DNA from: Pseudomonadota bacterium
GTDB taxonomy: Bacteria; Myxococcota; JACRCW01; JAFGSX01
NCBI GenBank assembly: GCA_043821645.1
Contig: JBDRCO010000089.1
Span: 1 to 64,000, forward strand
Direction: 5' to 3'
Length of the DNA: 64,000 bases
Below the pieces are notes generated by a model, which saw only the letters and a list, made by a program, of their open reading frames with translations, searched no databases and was not told the DNA's origin. This document shows, in pieces, positions 63,701-64,000 of the stretch. Each line of letters begins with the position of its first letter. Within the stretch, counting starts at the first letter, position 1. Made by a program: the position numbers and the translations under genes.

Positions 63701-64000
63701 GCGTGGACATCCGCGACCCGCGGGTTGTGGTGGTGTGGCCCTCCATGGGCGATCTGGGTGTCCAGGCTGCGCGCGTGGCCTCGGCCCGCAACGGTCTACG
63801 CAGCGAGGGCCTGCCAGTGCCAGACCGCCAGTCCACCCAGCTTGTGCGGCAGGTGGCCTCGGGCAAGGAGTACATCCCGGCGCTGCTGGTGCTGGGGTCT
63901 GTGCTGCAGTTCTTCCAGCGCCGCACTCCCAGCCGCCCCGACGAGATCGTGGTGGTGCTGGTGCCCTCGACGCTGGGCCCCTGCCGGACTGGCCAGTACC
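60703..64000 (+). CDS. 2-hydroxyacyl-CoA dehydratase activator fusion (two ASKHA ATPase domains + DUF2229-like); runs off the window and is absent from the ORF track
   Basis: Own translation: MHATLGIDLGSVNIK, NKCASGTGEFL, ARCSVF, GIDGGSTTTK, EIGGQDAK, MNEACSAGTGSFLEE, CRACDNLC, CFPAEIAHG, GRPYN, FSCAPDSF. No stop seen to base 64000. Confidence 0.92.
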   Translation, partial: MHATLGIDLGSVNIKLCLLQPDSVPRVVVLPHEGDIGRTVRRLFDELGVDPERTDLRGLVTGTEGRHRVNLPQEIAPVCVEAGLRALDLRPRAVVSLGGEDLAVYGLDAQGRVISTTAGNKCASGTGEFLAQQLGRMDLRIADLDRVAEGACVHKLSARCSVFMKSDCTHRLNKGEASKGDIALSLSKVMADKVGEFLLRAHILDGQVVLVGGVTRNRHLLRFLQEGCPQVEFVVPELAPTFEAFGAALLARDQGAALPALDRLVGPARGLELPVFQPLDSVGERVRYASSMRGTFDPEAEYILGIDGGSTTTKVALIHATTLQIVAAHYGRTHGDPVAALKSCLREVQIQLGGARPRIVLAATTGSSRELLGVFAQTPGVYNEIIAHAVGTTYFEPEVDTLFEIGGQDAKYVLLHNGVPIDYAMNEACSAGTGSFLEESAAGDLDIHRAEDIAPLALRSKAPLKFGEHCSAFINSDIRKAIQHGAGVEDVVAGLVFSIVANYLNRVVGNRSVGERIVLQGGVAKNPAVPLAFAQMTGKAITVPPDPELMGCFGVARLAAQKAADGLLERGEFDLEALVSKEIVTRGVTTCRACDNLCSIRKLEVGGKRYPFGGRCSRFTNARKKRHVDEKHVADWITRRSEMLFHDFAPDPGTLQARSDKVVGVPMAFSVHSLWPFYAWYFHTLGVRVVRSQQVSPLGIAKQQSNYCFPAEIAHGVLQDVLDQNVDYVFLPQFRDMPSMEPGEVHACLCPLTQGYPFFARHAFDLDDSQMLRPLVSFKHGWGASQHAFEDLAEQLGFTRAQGGAAYLRAITEQQRYEAAYRRLGDEVLAEIQAHPERSYVALMGRPYNAFTRDANMGIPRKFTSLGIHVVPYDLLVQPDAAIPPNNYWYFGQHNMKAARCLRDIPNLHLCWVSNFSCAPDSFLLHYVRWMMGKKPYLVLEMDSHTADAGLDTRIEAFLDIVESYRRAGGEVGKERGPRRLTIEAKAEFCDVVDRVTGERVDIRDPRVVVVWPSMGDLGVQAARVASARNGLRSEGLPVPDRQSTQLVRQVASGKEYIPALLVLGSVLQFFQRRTPSRPDEIVVVLVPSTLGPCRTGQY

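Overview
GC-rich bacterial chromosomal DNA, most likely Myxococcota or a related deltaproteobacterium (inferred from MYXO-CTERM-like sorting tails, PilZ proteins and a Glt/Nfs envelope machine). 1-11.2 kb is accessory: a carbamoyltransferase (5' end outside the window), a fused SxtJ/DUF5989-like membrane protein, an orphan 3' fragment of nuoH, then minus-strand, mostly secreted genes. One of these is interrupted by an in-frame TAG. 11.3-22.3 kb is core: site-2 protease-trpS-scpA-scpB-rluB, trmFO, two PilZ genes, xerC. 22.3-35 kb holds two tandem matrixin-type proteases, a multi-FHA protein, a ThrB-like probable pseudokinase, an M23 peptidase, a signal-less beta-barrel/transglutaminase-like fusion, a TPR protein and a GAF-GGDEF cyclase. 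35-49 kb is eno, an extra outer-membrane barrel and a contiguous eight-gene gltA/B-C-D-E-F-G-H (nfsA-H-like) cluster, with gltC split by a 1-nt insertion. 49-64 kb has a DUF697-like gene, mtaB, thioesterase, enoyl-CoA hydratase, a large beta-helix lipoprotein, ilvE, DUF1304, a CPA1 antiporter and a 2-hydroxyacyl-CoA dehydratase activator fusion that runs off the window. No rRNA, tRNA, CRISPR array, IS or prophage was recognised. All family calls come from motif recognition by eye; no searches were run.
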